Below are positions 39,371-52,659 of a stretch of DNA of 64,000 bases, in pieces. The stretch covers positions 20,708,001-20,772,000 of the forward strand of contig NC_043014.1 of assembly GCF_006345805.1 (NCBI RefSeq). The letters run 5' to 3'. The translations under genes and the position numbers were made by a program. Below the pieces are notes generated by a model. That model searched no databases, was not told where the DNA came from, and was given only the letters and a program-made list of their open reading frames with translations. Numbering within the stretch: position 1 is the stretch's first letter; each line of letters begins with the position of its first letter. The stretch is from Octopus sinensis (taxonomy: Eukaryota).

Positions 39371-42255
39371 CAGTAGTTTTATTTTTATAGCGTGCTTTCA
39401 CTTCACTACCGAGCGCAGCTCTGTGTGCCTTAGGTATGTGCTGTGATTTGTTGTAATGCTCTGATGGTTATTGTATGGAAAGTTTTCTGCGTAGGATGTG
39501 TGCAGTACCTAGTAGTGCAATTTTCTGTATGTTATATGTGTTTGTAAGTCCTGGTGTTTTTTGTTATGTATTTGTCTGAATATTTTTTTATCTAGGAATT
39601 GCTTCTGTTTTTAGATTCCACATTCTGGTTACCTCTATTTCCAGGTCTTTGTATTTTGAGAGTTTCTCCATTTCTTTTAGAGACACGTTGTCATCTGCCG
39701 GTATTGATTCATCAATTAGAAAGCACTTTTTTTCTTCATGATCTCTGACAACTATATCTGGTCTGTTTGCCTTAATTTCTCTATCTGTGTGTATCGGCAT
39801 ATCCCAGAGTATGGTTGCTGTCTCGTTTTCTGTGACCTTTTCTGGTGTGTGTCTATACCATCTTTTTTCTGTTGTTATTCCATAATGTTGGCATAGCTTC
39901 CAATGTATGTAAGTTCGAACTCTGTCATGTCTGTGAATATATTCTTTCTTAGCCAGGACTGGGCAGCTAGAGATAATATAATTTATTGTTTCTTGTCCAT
40001 CTCCACATATTCTGCAGTTACTTGTTATATTTCTTTTCATTGCATGTTTTTGGTAATTTCTGGTGGGGAGGCTTTGGTCTTGTGCTGCAATTAAAAATCC
40101 CTCTGTCTCTGCTTTGAGTCCTGAGCTTCTCAACCATTGCTGGGATTTTTCTTTGTCTATTTCTTTTGCGTTTAGTTTAGTCCAGTATTTACCATGAAGG
40201 AGCTTTTCTTGCCATCGTTTTATCATGGTTCGTTGCTGTTCTAGTTTTAGTTTGGATTTCATTTGTTTTATAGCTTTTGTTGTTTCTTCATCTTTTTCTT
40301 CTTCTTCTTCATATTTATTAGGTGGTATGATTTCTTGTTTGTATTTGTCAGCTTCCTTAAATACTGAGAACAGTTTTTTGTTTTGCTCGTGTTTTGCCGC
40401 TATTTGTATCAGTTTTCCTTCCTTCTGAAGTAGATATTTTTGCAGGTGGTTATTTTAAAGTAGTTTTCCAGCTGTATAAGGCCTCTACCACCTTCTATAC
40501 GTTGTATATATGGTCTTTCTATGTCAGATTTTGGGTGATGCATCCTAGATCCTGTCATTATTTTTCTTGTTTTCCTATCTATTTTGGTCAGTTCATTTAG
40601 TGTCCAGTTAAGGATATTGTAGCTGTAACTTATAACTGGGACAGCTAAAGTGTTAATACCTATTATCTTGTTTTTAGCATTGAGCTCTGTTTTTAGTGTT
40701 GATCTAACTCGTCTATAATATTCTTTTTTTATTTTCTCTTTCATTTGTGTGTGTTGTGTCTTATCTAGTTCATGGATTCCTAAGTTTGGCTTTGGTCTAA
40801 TTCTTTTATTTTATTGGTTTTATCTAGTGTGATGTTGCTACTCTTAACTAGTTTTCCTCTTTTCATGGTTACTTTGGCGCATTTTTCTTATCCAAATTTC
40901 ATATCTATTTCTTTGGTAAATCCATGAACTGTCTTTAATAGTGTTTCCAGCTGTTTGTCATTTGCAGCGTATAGTTTTAGATCATCCATATATAAAAGGT
41001 AGCTGATCATTTTGCCGTAACATTTATATCCGCATCCAGTTCTATTTAGCATATCAGATAGAGGTGACAGTGCCAAGCAGAAAAGGAGTGGAGAGAGCGT
41101 GTCTCCCTGGAATATTCCTCTTCTAATGGGGATGGCTTTGGTTTTCATGAGTCCCTCTTTTGTTTGGAGCTGTAGCACTGTTTGCCATTTATTCATAGAG
41201 TGCCCTATGAATTTTATAATTGTTGGTGCTACTTTGTTAATGGCTAGTATTTCGAGGATCCATGTGTGGGGGACGCTATCAAACGCCTTTTTGTAGTCGA
41301 TCCAGGCCATACTGAGGCCTTTCTTCTTTCTGTGGCTGTCTTCAGTTATGGCTTTATAAATCATTAGTTGATCTTTACAGCCATATGAGCCTTTGCGGCA
41401 TCCTTTCTGCTCTTCTGGAAACAGGTTGTTTTCGTCCAGGTGCTTGTTCAACCTTTGCGATATCACTGCAGTAAATGCCTTGTACATTGTAGGGAGACAG
41501 GTTATTGGTCTGTAGTTTTCTGGTTTTGCTGTCTCTTCCCCTTCGTGAGCCATTCAGGCATTGTCTCTGGCTCTGCTAGTATGTTGTTAAAGTTTTCAGC
41601 CAGCTTTTTGTGCATTCCTGTTAGATATTTCAACCAGAAGTTGGGGATCTTGTCATGCCCAGGTGCCTTCCAGTTGCTTAGTCTTTGCAGTGCCTGGGTG
41701 ACCTCTTTAGTTGTTATGGGGGTCCAAAGTTGCTCAGATGCTGAGTTTGTTGTTTTAATACTCCTTTTTTCTGGTTGTTCGTTCGCCGACCATATTTCTC
41801 TCCAGAATTCTTCCACTTCTTCTGCCGTTGGTGCTGCAGTGATTTCTATTTTATTTTTGCCAAGTTCTTGGTAGAACTTTTTGGAGTTGGAGTTGAACTT
41901 TTTGTTTTGTTCAAAGAAGCGCTGGCGTTTCTCGTACCGGCGGATCCTTTGTGCTTTGGAAAGGATATCTTGCTTCAGCTTTTCTTTTATCTCAGGTAAA
42001 TCTTTTTCTGTGATGGTATATTTGCGGAGTATTTTTGTTTTCTTTTTGTTGCTCAGTAACGTTGATTGTCTACTGATTTCATTAAGAATCGACAGATGAT
42101 TTCTCATTTTTGTATTTTGTTTTGGATGTTATTTATCCACAGGGTTTGTTCGGGTGGTGGTACTCCTGTTTGGATGGGTTTGAGTGAGTATTCAGCTTCT
42201 TTAGTGGCTGCAGTGGCTGCTGCGTTTACTAAGTCATTTAACTCAGTGATATCGC
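39371..42255 (-). mobile_element. R4/Dong-clade LINE, near-complete ORF relic with 3' UTR
   Basis: KAQRIRRYEKR, NWKAPGHDKIPNFWL, NYRPITCLPTMYK, DYKKAFDSVPH, QGDTLSP, YMDD, GGRGL, LKAETEGFLIAAQDQ, CRIC..C..RHD, NRPDIVV, KYKDL; (TTA)n on both sides. Confidence 0.92.
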
Positions 42256-42305
<50 letters not shown>

Positions 42306-42340
42306 CATTATTATCATTATTCAGGTCACTACGCCATATG

Positions 42341-42421
42341 CCCGTGTGCATATGGTGTAGTGGTTAAGAGCGCGGGCTACTAACCCCAAGATTCCGAGCT
42401 CAATTCCAAGCAGTAACATGA

Positions 42422-42480
<59 letters not shown>

Positions 42481-42615
42481 TCGAAAAATACCTTAGGTAT
42501 ACAGGTTCGAAATTTCCCCAAGACACTTGATTGAGGCTGGAGGTTATATCAGCCGAAACGTTGTGTTAACAACAAAGAAGATGAGGATAAATATCCGTCA
42601 AATGTAAATAGTGTA
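42341..42615 (+). mobile_element. tRNA-headed SINE-like element: Pol III head, (AAT)n, then a tail containing a degenerate HHR
   Basis: A-box TGGTGTAGTGG (42353-42363), B-box-like GAGCTCAATTCC (42396-42407); HHR remnant 42522-42567. Confidence 0.65.
42522..42567 (+). ncRNA. Minimal type I HHR, catalytic core mutated
   Basis: GACAC-uUGAUuGA-GGCUG(10 nt)CAGCC-GAAA-CG-UU-GUGUU; palindromic ACGU helix III; core differs from CUGAUGA by one substitution and one insertion. Confidence 0.65.
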
Positions 42616-42774
42616 GGAGTGGTAGTGTGGTATGTAGCTTGCTTACCAACCATATGGTTCCGAGTTCAGTCCCACTGCGTGGCAGCTTGGGCAAGTGTCT
42701 TCTACTATAGCCTCGAGCCGACCAAAATCTTGTGAGTGGATTTGATAGACGGAAACTGAAAGAATCCTATCGTA

Positions 42775-42835
<61 letters not shown>

Positions 42836-43070
42836 GTGTGTGTATATGTTTGTGTATCTGTGTTTGTCCCTCCAGCATCGCTCGATAACCGATGCTGGTG
42901 TGTTTACGTCCCCGTAACTTAGCAGCTCGGCAAAAGAACCGATAGAATAAGTACTAGGCTTATAAAGAATAAGTCCTGGGGTCGATTTGCTCGACTAAAG
43001 ATGCTGCTCCAGCTTGGTCACAGTCAAATGACTGAAACAAGTAAGATAGTAAAAGAGTAAAAGAGTAAAG
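42616..43070 (+). mobile_element. SINE B with internal (TA)n
   Basis: Family motifs, full length. Confidence 0.85.
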
Positions 43071-43448
43071 AGTAAATTCCTCATCTCTTAAATATAGAAC
43101 TGTATTACCCAATGGTTCCGTACAATCTTAAAACGGTAGGGTGTAATTTGAGGGATAATTGACTGCCCTATCAAGTAGAACGAATGACCACGAAGAGGTC
43201 TCTTCATCAGTATAACTGTTTCTTTTGATGATGGTAGTGATAGTGGCCTTGGCAGCAGAGGTTGTTGGCACAACGGCAGTGATGTTATTGCGTCGCCAAA
43301 ATTTGCAACTTCATTGTTCTGTTCGTAGCACACTTTTGAAAATAATGTCTTGATAATCAAATACCCTCGATAAAATAACATCTAAGATTTCTTGTGACTT
43401 CGAGACGTCATTCGTGGCAAACCAAAACGACATTCAATTTAATCCATT

Positions 43449-43508
<60 letters not shown>

Positions 43509-43846
43509 AAATCACCTACAGTTCCTACGGAATAACAACTGCGAAATAGCAGCTTCCGATAGAAGATACAAAAGACAGTAATTCCCATTTTGGAAAATTA
43601 TGATTAATTCCCAAAATTATTGCCAAAAGAATTTAAGAGTTTGATTCAAGAGTTCTGCTTTGCCGTATTCTAGTCAGAATTTTTAACAATAGACATATTG
43701 TTATTCAGAATTGTATATGATATATAGATGCACAGTAATCTATTATATATCAGATTATAAAATATAATATATATATTTGTTGAAGAAAAAACTGTATTTT
43801 TGCACATATCTGTGCGTATATATATAGGTATGTATATATATATATA

Positions 43847-43921
<75 letters not shown>

Positions 43922-43926
43922 TTGTT

Positions 43927-43978
<52 letters not shown>

Positions 43979-44112
43979 TGTGTGATTGTGTGTATGTGTG
44001 CATGTGTGGCATTTATGTGTGTATGCACAGGGAGAGGAGATATACATATATATATATATTTACATATACACATACATATACACATACATAAATGTGCTTT
44101 TGTGTGTGTTTG

Positions 44113-44146
<34 letters not shown>

Positions 44147-44409
44147 ATAGAGAGAGATAATATATGAAAACAGATATATCGTAGATATAACAACGTGAAT
44201 GTAGTGTGCTAACTTTAGCAATGAACTCAAAAGAGATACAAAATTTCCTTATCACTAAAGTAGCACATTAATGTATAAACAGCTAATAGTATGTAACGTA
44301 AATGTTAAATCACAATATTCAAGCACAGTATATATTCATTCTTTTATTCTTTGATAAGTTTCAGCCACCAGGCTGCGGCCATGCTGGGGCTCTGCCAGTG
44401 TAGTCACCT

Positions 44410-45050
44410 TTTAATTGGCCAATTCTATGTGATTGGCTTTTGGTGAAGGAGAGAGTTCAATACCGCTGCCCACTTTTGAGTTTCCTGCTTTGATATTGGT
44501 TCATCTGGGGTCTTGGATAGCAAGAGGTCAACTTGTTTCTTAAAAACATTTACCCCGACCCCAAAGAAATCCCTCAGATGCTTTGGCAAGGCGTTATATA
44601 GCTGCGGGCGCTTGAATCCCAAGCTATCGCAATACATGGTCCTCACCTTAGATGAGACAACTGAGACATTTAGAACAGTGCAGTGACGTACAATTCGAGG
44701 TCTGGTATAACTCTCAATTCCAAAGTTTGGTGTCAGCCCCTTTAGCACCTTCCACACATATATCACTGCATACCTTCCCCGTCTTCGCTCCACGGAGTAA
44801 AGTCGTAGCCCTTTCAGTCTCTTCCAGTAGCTCAACTATTCCATTGATGCAATCTTCCTCGTGTAGCATCGCTGAACTGCCTCAAGTTCTACTATTAATT
44901 CTCACTGTAGTGTGACTACAGTTGAGAGCAATAATCCAGACGGCTAAGGACAAATGTCCTCCATAGGATAAACATAGTTTCCTAGTCCCTTGTTCTGAAG
45001 GTTCTCAGAATCCAACCGGCGATTTGCCTCCACACTGCCACCATTTTGAT
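44410..45050 (-). mobile_element. CR1-clade LINE 3' fragment
   Basis: MSYWKRLKGLRLYSVERRR..IYVWKVLKGLTPN..LYNALPKHLR..FKKQVDLLL..PDEP, a typical CR1 ORF2 C-terminus. Confidence 0.8.
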
Positions 45051-45181
45051 GACATGCATGTGAAACGAGGTATATGTTTGTCTTTGTGTGTTCTGTATCT
45101 ACACACATATATACATGTATATATATGTATGCTTATATACATACAGACTTACATACATACAGACAAATAGATAGCTAGAGC

Positions 45182-45263
<82 letters not shown>

Positions 45264-45409
45264 TAATCAGGCTCCAAAAAGCTGAAAGGATACCCTGAGC
45301 CAACTCAGCATATAACAGCTGTTTAGGATTCTGTTGTCATCCATCCGCTACAAATGTCCAAGCCATTTCATTGTCCTTTTGTGCAGAACAGCTGTCATTT
45401 TCGGAGGTG

Positions 45410-45457
<48 letters not shown>

Positions 45458-45743
45458 TATATATATATAATATATATATATATATATAGGTATGGGCAGT
45501 CATAAATGTCTTAGGTTATTGTAATATTGTAATTTTAGTATATCCTTACTATACATCTAATTAAGTGACTTGCAAACTTTATTTATTCCACACTGAAAGA
45601 AGCGGTTGTAACACACTCTACTAAACACTGCTGCTTACTGTGAATGACTACCATGGAGCCTTCACGAAGTGACTGCAGCGCTACAGATACATTGAAGTCA
45701 GAGTATCCTATTTTGAAGGTGATTAAAGTTTTTTTTTACTTCT

Positions 45744-45854
45744 ATCATATTAATAAAGAAGACGAGGAAGAAGAAGAAGAAGAAGAAGAAGGAGGAGGAG
45801 GAGGAAGAGGGGGAGCAGGAGCAGGAGGAATAGGAAGTGGAGGAGAGGAAGGAG

Positions 45855-45886
<32 letters not shown>

Positions 45887-46200
45887 GAAGGAGAAGAAGA
45901 AGAAGAAGAAGAAGAAGAAAGAAGAAGGAGGACGAGGAGGAAGAGGGGAGCAGGAGCAGGAGGAATAGGAAGTGGAGGAGGGGAAGGAGAAGAAGAAGAC
46001 GAAGAAGAAGTAGAAGTAGAAGAAGAAGAAGAAGAAGAAGAAGAAGAAGAAGAAGAAGAAGAAGAAGGAGAAGAAGGAGGAGAAGGAGGAGAAGAAGAAG
46101 AAGAAGAAGAAGAAGAAGAAGAAGAAGAAAGGAGGAGGAGGAGAAGGAGGAGGAGGGATGGGTGTATAAAAAGAAGTACAGACGGGTGGAGAAGAAATGC
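45744..46200. repeat. (GAA)/(GGA) polypurine array
   Basis: Direct reading; internal duplicated GGAGCAGGAGCAGGAGGAATAGGAAGTGG block. Confidence 0.95.
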
Positions 46201-47339
46201 AGATTTTTAGAAAGTAATATTTGATCTTAGCAATGGGAAGTTATTAGAAGTTTACACCAAAGAATTGTGGTTGTGATGTTAAAATGGAGATTTGAGGGAC
46301 TTTTTAGATGTTAAATGTTAAAAACAATTTCATGCGTATGTATGAATGGATGTATGTAATTATGTGCGTATATGTATGTGTGCGTAGGAGTGATTCACTA
46401 TTTGACTGTTGGTTGGTGATACTTGCTTTTAAAAGAATATTTGGTATTATACCTGGATATACTCAAACTTATCCGTGTGTGGGTGTTTACATATTTGTGT
46501 AAGTAAGTTTATGTATGTGTGTGCGTGTGTGTGTAGTTTTCGTGTGCAATTTTTTAAAAGGAAAGGTTGACAGTGGCTTCGATGTTTCGGCTTAATACAC
46601 ACATACTTATACACACACGCACGCACATGCATATACACACATACATATACACACACGCGCGTGTGTATATAAATATAAATATTAATAATCCTGATGCGAC
46701 ACTATCACTATCTCTATTTCTCTCTTTCCTTCCTTCTTTCTTTTTCTTTCTTTTTTCTCTCCCATCCTTTCTCTAATCCTCCTTCACCGTTCTCTGTCCC
46801 TCTCTCTCTCTATCCTCTCTCTCTCTCTCACTCCTCCTCTTCCTCCTTGACTCCTTCGTTGCTCACACGTGACCAGCGGTCATCTTTCCTCTCCTAGTTC
46901 GAATTTCTTTCTTCTCGTTACGCTACAAGTGATAGCACGCATTTTTGTCTGTCTCCTATCAATGCTTGTTTCTCCAGCGTTCACCACTTCACCTCGTTAT
47001 GGCTTAATAGCCGTTGCCGTTAGTTTTAACTGTCCTGATTTTGTTACCAACTTTAACCCTTCGCAAATCCCAAATTTTATTTAATTTGCTTTGCGAGAGC
47101 GACTGTTTCGACCAAGACGCATCGTGTTCTAACGCTCGATATGCGGAGTAGATAAAACAGTAGACAACTGATGAAGGGATTGTTCTTTATTTTGCCTGCT
47201 TCGTTTTCCTATTTGTTTCTTTCACTGTTCGCAAAAAATGTTCGTTTTCCATATTTTTGTATTTCATGTTCTGGTTTTTCATGTTGTTTACGTTTTTTTT
47301 ACGTCCTGTACCCAGATATGCATGTGTATATATGTAAAT

Positions 47340-47404
<65 letters not shown>

Positions 47405-47641
47405 ATATATATATTTATATATTAATATATATATATAATATATATATATATATATAATATATATATTATATATATATATATATATTGGCCTGCTCGCTTA
47501 GCCAGCGGGGTGGCGTCGTTCAAAGGCTAAAACAATGCGAACGCATTGTGACCAGCGATGTGTAACAACATCTGATGGTCTGGTCGGTCACGTGATCACG
47601 TGATATATATATATATATATTATATATATATATTATATATA

Positions 47642-47672
<31 letters not shown>

Positions 47673-47878
47673 GTTAATCCAAATAAGAAAGCACAAAAAA
47701 ACAACAACGCGAGGACGTGGAACAAATATAGTATTATTGGACGCTCAGGAAAGAAAGAAAGGAGAGTTTAACTTTTCAAGCGGAGCTCTTCATCGGAAAC
47801 ATAGGAGAAGGAAAGATCCAGAGAAGGGAAGACAAAGAAAAAAATCGCCAACGGTACACACGCGGTCACATTTTGAAT
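47673..47878 (-). mobile_element. Short element in (TA)n with a degenerate minimal HHR (47766-47800)
   Basis: GUUU-CcGAUGA-A-GAGC(UCC)GCUU-GAAA-aG-UU-AAAC. Confidence 0.55.
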
Positions 47879-48027
47879 ATTATATATATATATATTATAT
47901 ATATATTATATCTATATATATATATAATTAATCAATATAGGGTGGCAAAAAATTTTGTAGAATTGTTTTGCCACCAGCGGCCTAGTGGGAAAAAATTAAA
48001 TAGTCATAGACCATTTTTAAGTTCAAC

Positions 48028-48178
48028 ATCACAATCAAGGAACGGCCATAATAGGCCATTCACCCACTAGAAATAACAGCCAAAGCTTCAACCGGAATTG
48101 ATGTTATTTTGCGGTTGAAGCTTTGGCTGTTATTTCTAGTGGGTGAATGGCCTATTATGGCCGTTCCTTGATTGTGAT
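48028..48178. repeat. Perfect 67-bp inverted repeat with 17-nt loop
   Basis: Arms 48028-48094 and 48112-48178; abuts (TA)n. Confidence 0.92.
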
Positions 48179-48418
48179 ATATATATATATATATATATAG
48201 ATAGATAGATAGATATAGATATATATATATATACAAATTAGTAAATAAATGGCACAACTAAGTACCGATATTTACTGGAAATAGCGAACGTAAAATACGA
48301 CGCTAATGTGTAGCTTCACCGCGTATGTATTAGCAAAAATGCGTGTGTGCAACAAACTAGAGCAAAAAAACGTCTTACCTCTTTTTACTGGAAGGCGATA
48401 CTTTGTATTGCATTACTG

Positions 48419-48459
<41 letters not shown>

Positions 48460-48462
<3 letters not shown>

Positions 48463-48815
48463 CGCAGGTGTAGTCGTGTGGTATGAAGCTTGCTTTCACA
48501 TGGTTCTGGGTTCAGTCCCACTACGTGGTACCTTGGGCCAGTGTTTCCTACTATAGCCTCGGGGCGATCAAAGCTTTGTGAGTGGATTTGGTAGATAGAA
48601 ACTGAAAGAATCACGTCGTATATATATGTATATGTACTTGTGTGTCTGCGTTTGCCCCACCACCACCACCACCATCGCTTGACAACTGATGTTGGTGTGT
48701 TTACGTCCCCGCAATTTAGCGGTTCGGTAAAAGGCACCGATAGAATAAGTATTAGGCTTACAAAGAATAAGTCCTGGGTCCAATTACTGAAACAAGTAAA
48801 AGAAATAAAAAGTAA
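48460..48815 (+). mobile_element. SINE B
   Basis: Family motifs. Confidence 0.8.
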
Positions 48816-49036
48816 AAAATATACGTATGTGTGCATGTATGTATTCGTATATTTGTGTATATACATATGTGTATATATGTGTATATATGTGTATATATGT
48901 GTATATACATAGATATGTGTATACATACACAACATACATACATACATACATACATACATACATACATACATACATACATACATACATACATACATACATA
49001 CATACATACATACATACTGCACATATACATACATAC

Positions 49037-49361
49037 TTGCAAGAGTACTCAGTTGGTGTTGTTGAAATTCCAGTGAAGGAACCTTGGATATAGAGGTTAG
49101 AAACCGGATTCTTTATGAGTAAGAAATCTTTAAATAAGACTGAATGATGACATACATACATACATACATACATACATACACATACATACATACATACATA
49201 ATACATACATACATACATACATACATACTGCACATATACATACATACTTGCAAGAGTACTCAGTTGGTGTTGTTGAAATTCCAGTGAAGGAACCTTGGAT
49301 ATAGAGGTTAGAAACCGGATTCTTTATGAGTAAGAAATCTTTAAATAAGACTGAATGATGA
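49037..49361 (+). repeat. Tandem duplicate (period 211 bp) of a 114-bp element with (ACAT)n tail; third copy at 52935-53032
   Basis: TTGGTGTTGTTGAAATTCCAGTGAAGGAACC..GATGA followed by (CATA)n at 49037, 49248 and 52935. Confidence 0.85.
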
Positions 49362-49383
49362 CATACATACATACATACATACA

Positions 49384-49414
<31 letters not shown>

Positions 49415-50149
49415 TTTAATGCTTCTGTTTATTTGTAAGCGAGTGCACATACATAAAAATAATTTTAACAATCTTTCTTTTCTGCTGCTTCTCAAAATCC
49501 CACATTTAAAATGACAAAAGACAGTTATTTAGTTTAAACTTTTAATACCGCCATCCATTGTACACACCTTCATACTTTCTAAAAGGAAGTTCTGTGGACC
49601 CCCCACCTTTCTTTTTTTCTATTCATACATCCTACTTCTCCCTCTCCCACTTTTCACTCTTTCTCTCTCTCCCTCTCTATCTATTTTTCTCTCTGTCCCT
49701 CCCTCTCTTTCTCTCTCCCTCTCTGACTATTTTGCTTTTATTATGTTTACTTTTTTATATTCTTGCTTTTTACCAGTTTTCTCTCCTTTACTTTTTCTTC
49801 TTTCTCTTCCTCTTCAACGGCTACCATTTCTCCTCTTCCTCTTTGTCCCCCTTTTAGTCTTTCTTCTTAATCTCTTCGTTTCTTCCCCCACTTCATTTTC
49901 CTTTCCTTCTGTTTTCTCTCGTTTCTTTTCTTTAATATTAATGAAGATATACTTTAAATTTCAAATTATTTGATTGCAAACACATCTACAAATATGCTCT
50001 CCAGCAATTTCATAAATAAGATTTCCTTGTATAAAAACTCGTTTTTTTCTCCAGAAAATTACCGGAAAGGTTATATTGCTTATGACCGTCGCCTTGAAAA
50101 ATTTTGCTTCCGTGCAACGTTTCAGGTGTAATACTAAGGCCTAGAACTT

Positions 50150-50251
50150 GAAACATACATACATACATACATACATACATACATACATACATACATACAT
50201 ACATGCATGCATGCATACATACATACATACATACATACATACATACATACA

Positions 50252-50284
<33 letters not shown>

Positions 50285-50850
50285 GCATACATTCATACAT
50301 GTATTCATACATTCATACATACATGCATGCATGCATACGTACATACCTAAGTACATACACACATACACATACATACAAATACGTACATACACACACACAA
50401 ACATATGTATTCACGCATGCATACATATAGGTATGCATATATGCATACATATATGCATACATTTATGCATGTATACATGCATACATACATGCATACATAC
50501 ATACATACTTACATACATACATACTTACATACATACATAAATATATGCATACATTCATACATACATGCATGCATACGCATGTATTACATACATGCATACA
50601 CACACATACACGCAAATACATACATACACACACAAGCATATGTATTAATGCATACATACATATAGGCATGCATATATGCGTACATATATGCATACATTCA
50701 TGCATTCATTCATACATACACATAGAAATACATACATGCACACTTATAAACATATGTATGCATGCATTCATACATACGTACATACGCACATGCATACATG
50801 TATACTTACATGCATACATACATATATACATGCATACATACATATATACA
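50150..50850. repeat. Long degenerate (CATA)n array
   Basis: Direct reading. Confidence 0.9.
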
Positions 50851-51239
50851 AAACCTTATATAATTGAGATATATTCTCTACAAACTATCACTCACTCGTC
50901 CAGGCACTCCTTCCATTTTTCTTACCTGCACTATGTAACATAATATAAATATACCAGCCATCATCCATCACCGACCGACCACCACTCAATTATCTAACTA
51001 TCCCTTCATTCCTTTTAATGATGTACTATAAAGCATAACAATGCCCTATACCCACATACTTCACAAACCGTCATTCACACACCCATATCATTCTAACTTT
51101 CTTTTTCACTTTTCAAAGATATCACTATCAACCCATTGAATATCTCTCAAGCATTATTTTACACACGAGCGTGCACACACACACACGCGAACAGAAACAT
51201 ATATGTATGCACATATATGTATAAGTATCTCTCTCTCCT

Positions 51240-51334
<95 letters not shown>

Positions 51335-51482
51335 ATATGTATACGTTATGAGAAAAGGAGCATAAACATATTTTTGTGATATCTTTGCTGCTTTTTTAAT
51401 AAAGCATATTACTCTACCTCCGGTATTCGAGTACTATTTTTCCGCATTTTTTCGCATTTATATGCTTACTCTGGTACAAGTA

Positions 51483-51519
<37 letters not shown>

Positions 51520-51611
51520 GTGTGTGTGTCTTTAAATTGCAAGTGGCAAAAAATACAGTAATTTATTAATACCAGTGATATATTTAAAGACTAGTTAAAT
51601 ATATGTGAAAA

Positions 51612-51910
51612 CGCGTGACTTAGTGATTAGGGTATTCGGCTAACTGTACGTGAGTTCGATTCCTAGCGACACGGTGTGTACTTGACCAAGACACTTCATT
51701 TCACGTTGCTCCAGCCAATTCATCTGAGAAAAGTGAGTCGTACTTGTAATTAAAAGAGCCAACCTTATTACATTCTTTGTCATGCTGAAATCTCCCAGAG
51801 AACTACGTTAAGTGTACGCTAAGCCGCTTGCACGTTAATCTCATGAGCAGGCTGTTCCGTTGATCGGATCAACAGGAACCCACGTCGTCGTGAGCGACGA
51901 AATGCCAATT
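51612..51910 (+). mobile_element. tRNA-derived SINE (separate family D)
   Basis: TGACTTAGTGATTAGG A-box-like, GAGTTCGATTCC B-box, then CTTGACCAAGACACTT (V/CORE-domain-like). Confidence 0.6.
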
Positions 51911-52659
51911 AAATATATATTAATAGGTACGTATTACATAGGAACAGATATAATCTATATCATTGTCCTCAACCAGGGTCTATATGGCCCTTGGTCTCCA
52001 TATAAGATTTTGCGGTTAAAATTTATTTTATATAAATTGGTTGTACTTTTACAATACGCAATATTTTAACAAAAGTTTTTATACAATTCCTAATAATAAT
52101 TTAATTATAAAAGTATATGAATTTTTAAGCGTCGAAAGGCTAAGAGGATCCATCTAAATAAAATTGGAATCAAAGTGGTCTTGAGGCAAAAAAAACACTG
52201 AGAAACATTGATCTATCCTACATGTGTGTATGTGTACTCGTGCGTGCGTGTGTGCGTATATGAGTACGTGTGCCTGTGTTTGTGTATGTGTATGAAAGGT
52301 CACTTACAAGTGCTACAATTCAATACAATCTGTTGGCATGGTCTTGTCGATGGTGACTAACTTGTACTATGTTTACCCGGGGAGGACCTTTACCAGAAAT
52401 CCAGCAGCACCACAAACAATACTTGTCAAAAAGACGGTTGAATCCAGCATGGGCAAACGACTATCTAGTAAATTGCATGATACTCTTATGTTAAATTTAA
52501 TGGTTTAGCTTCTAATTGTCCCCTTGAATGCTGGGCCACCGGGAGGGAAGCTATTTATCAGAAAAGTGAATGTGGTTTTCACTCTCTATAATCCCGCCGC
52601 CTAAGGTTACAGACTTGACGACCTGCAGATACGGAATTCTAAACGGTCGTATAGATACT

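Noticed and set aside
43175-43215. Minus-strand CUGAUGA followed by a GACC/GGUC hairpin
   Set aside because: GAAA box absent
50055-50125. Candidate 71-bp plus-strand exon after TTTTTTTCTCCAG (ENYRKGYIAYDRRLEKFCFRATFQ)
   Set aside because: Weak donor (GTGTAA), no recognisable domain, no partner exons; needs RNA-seq
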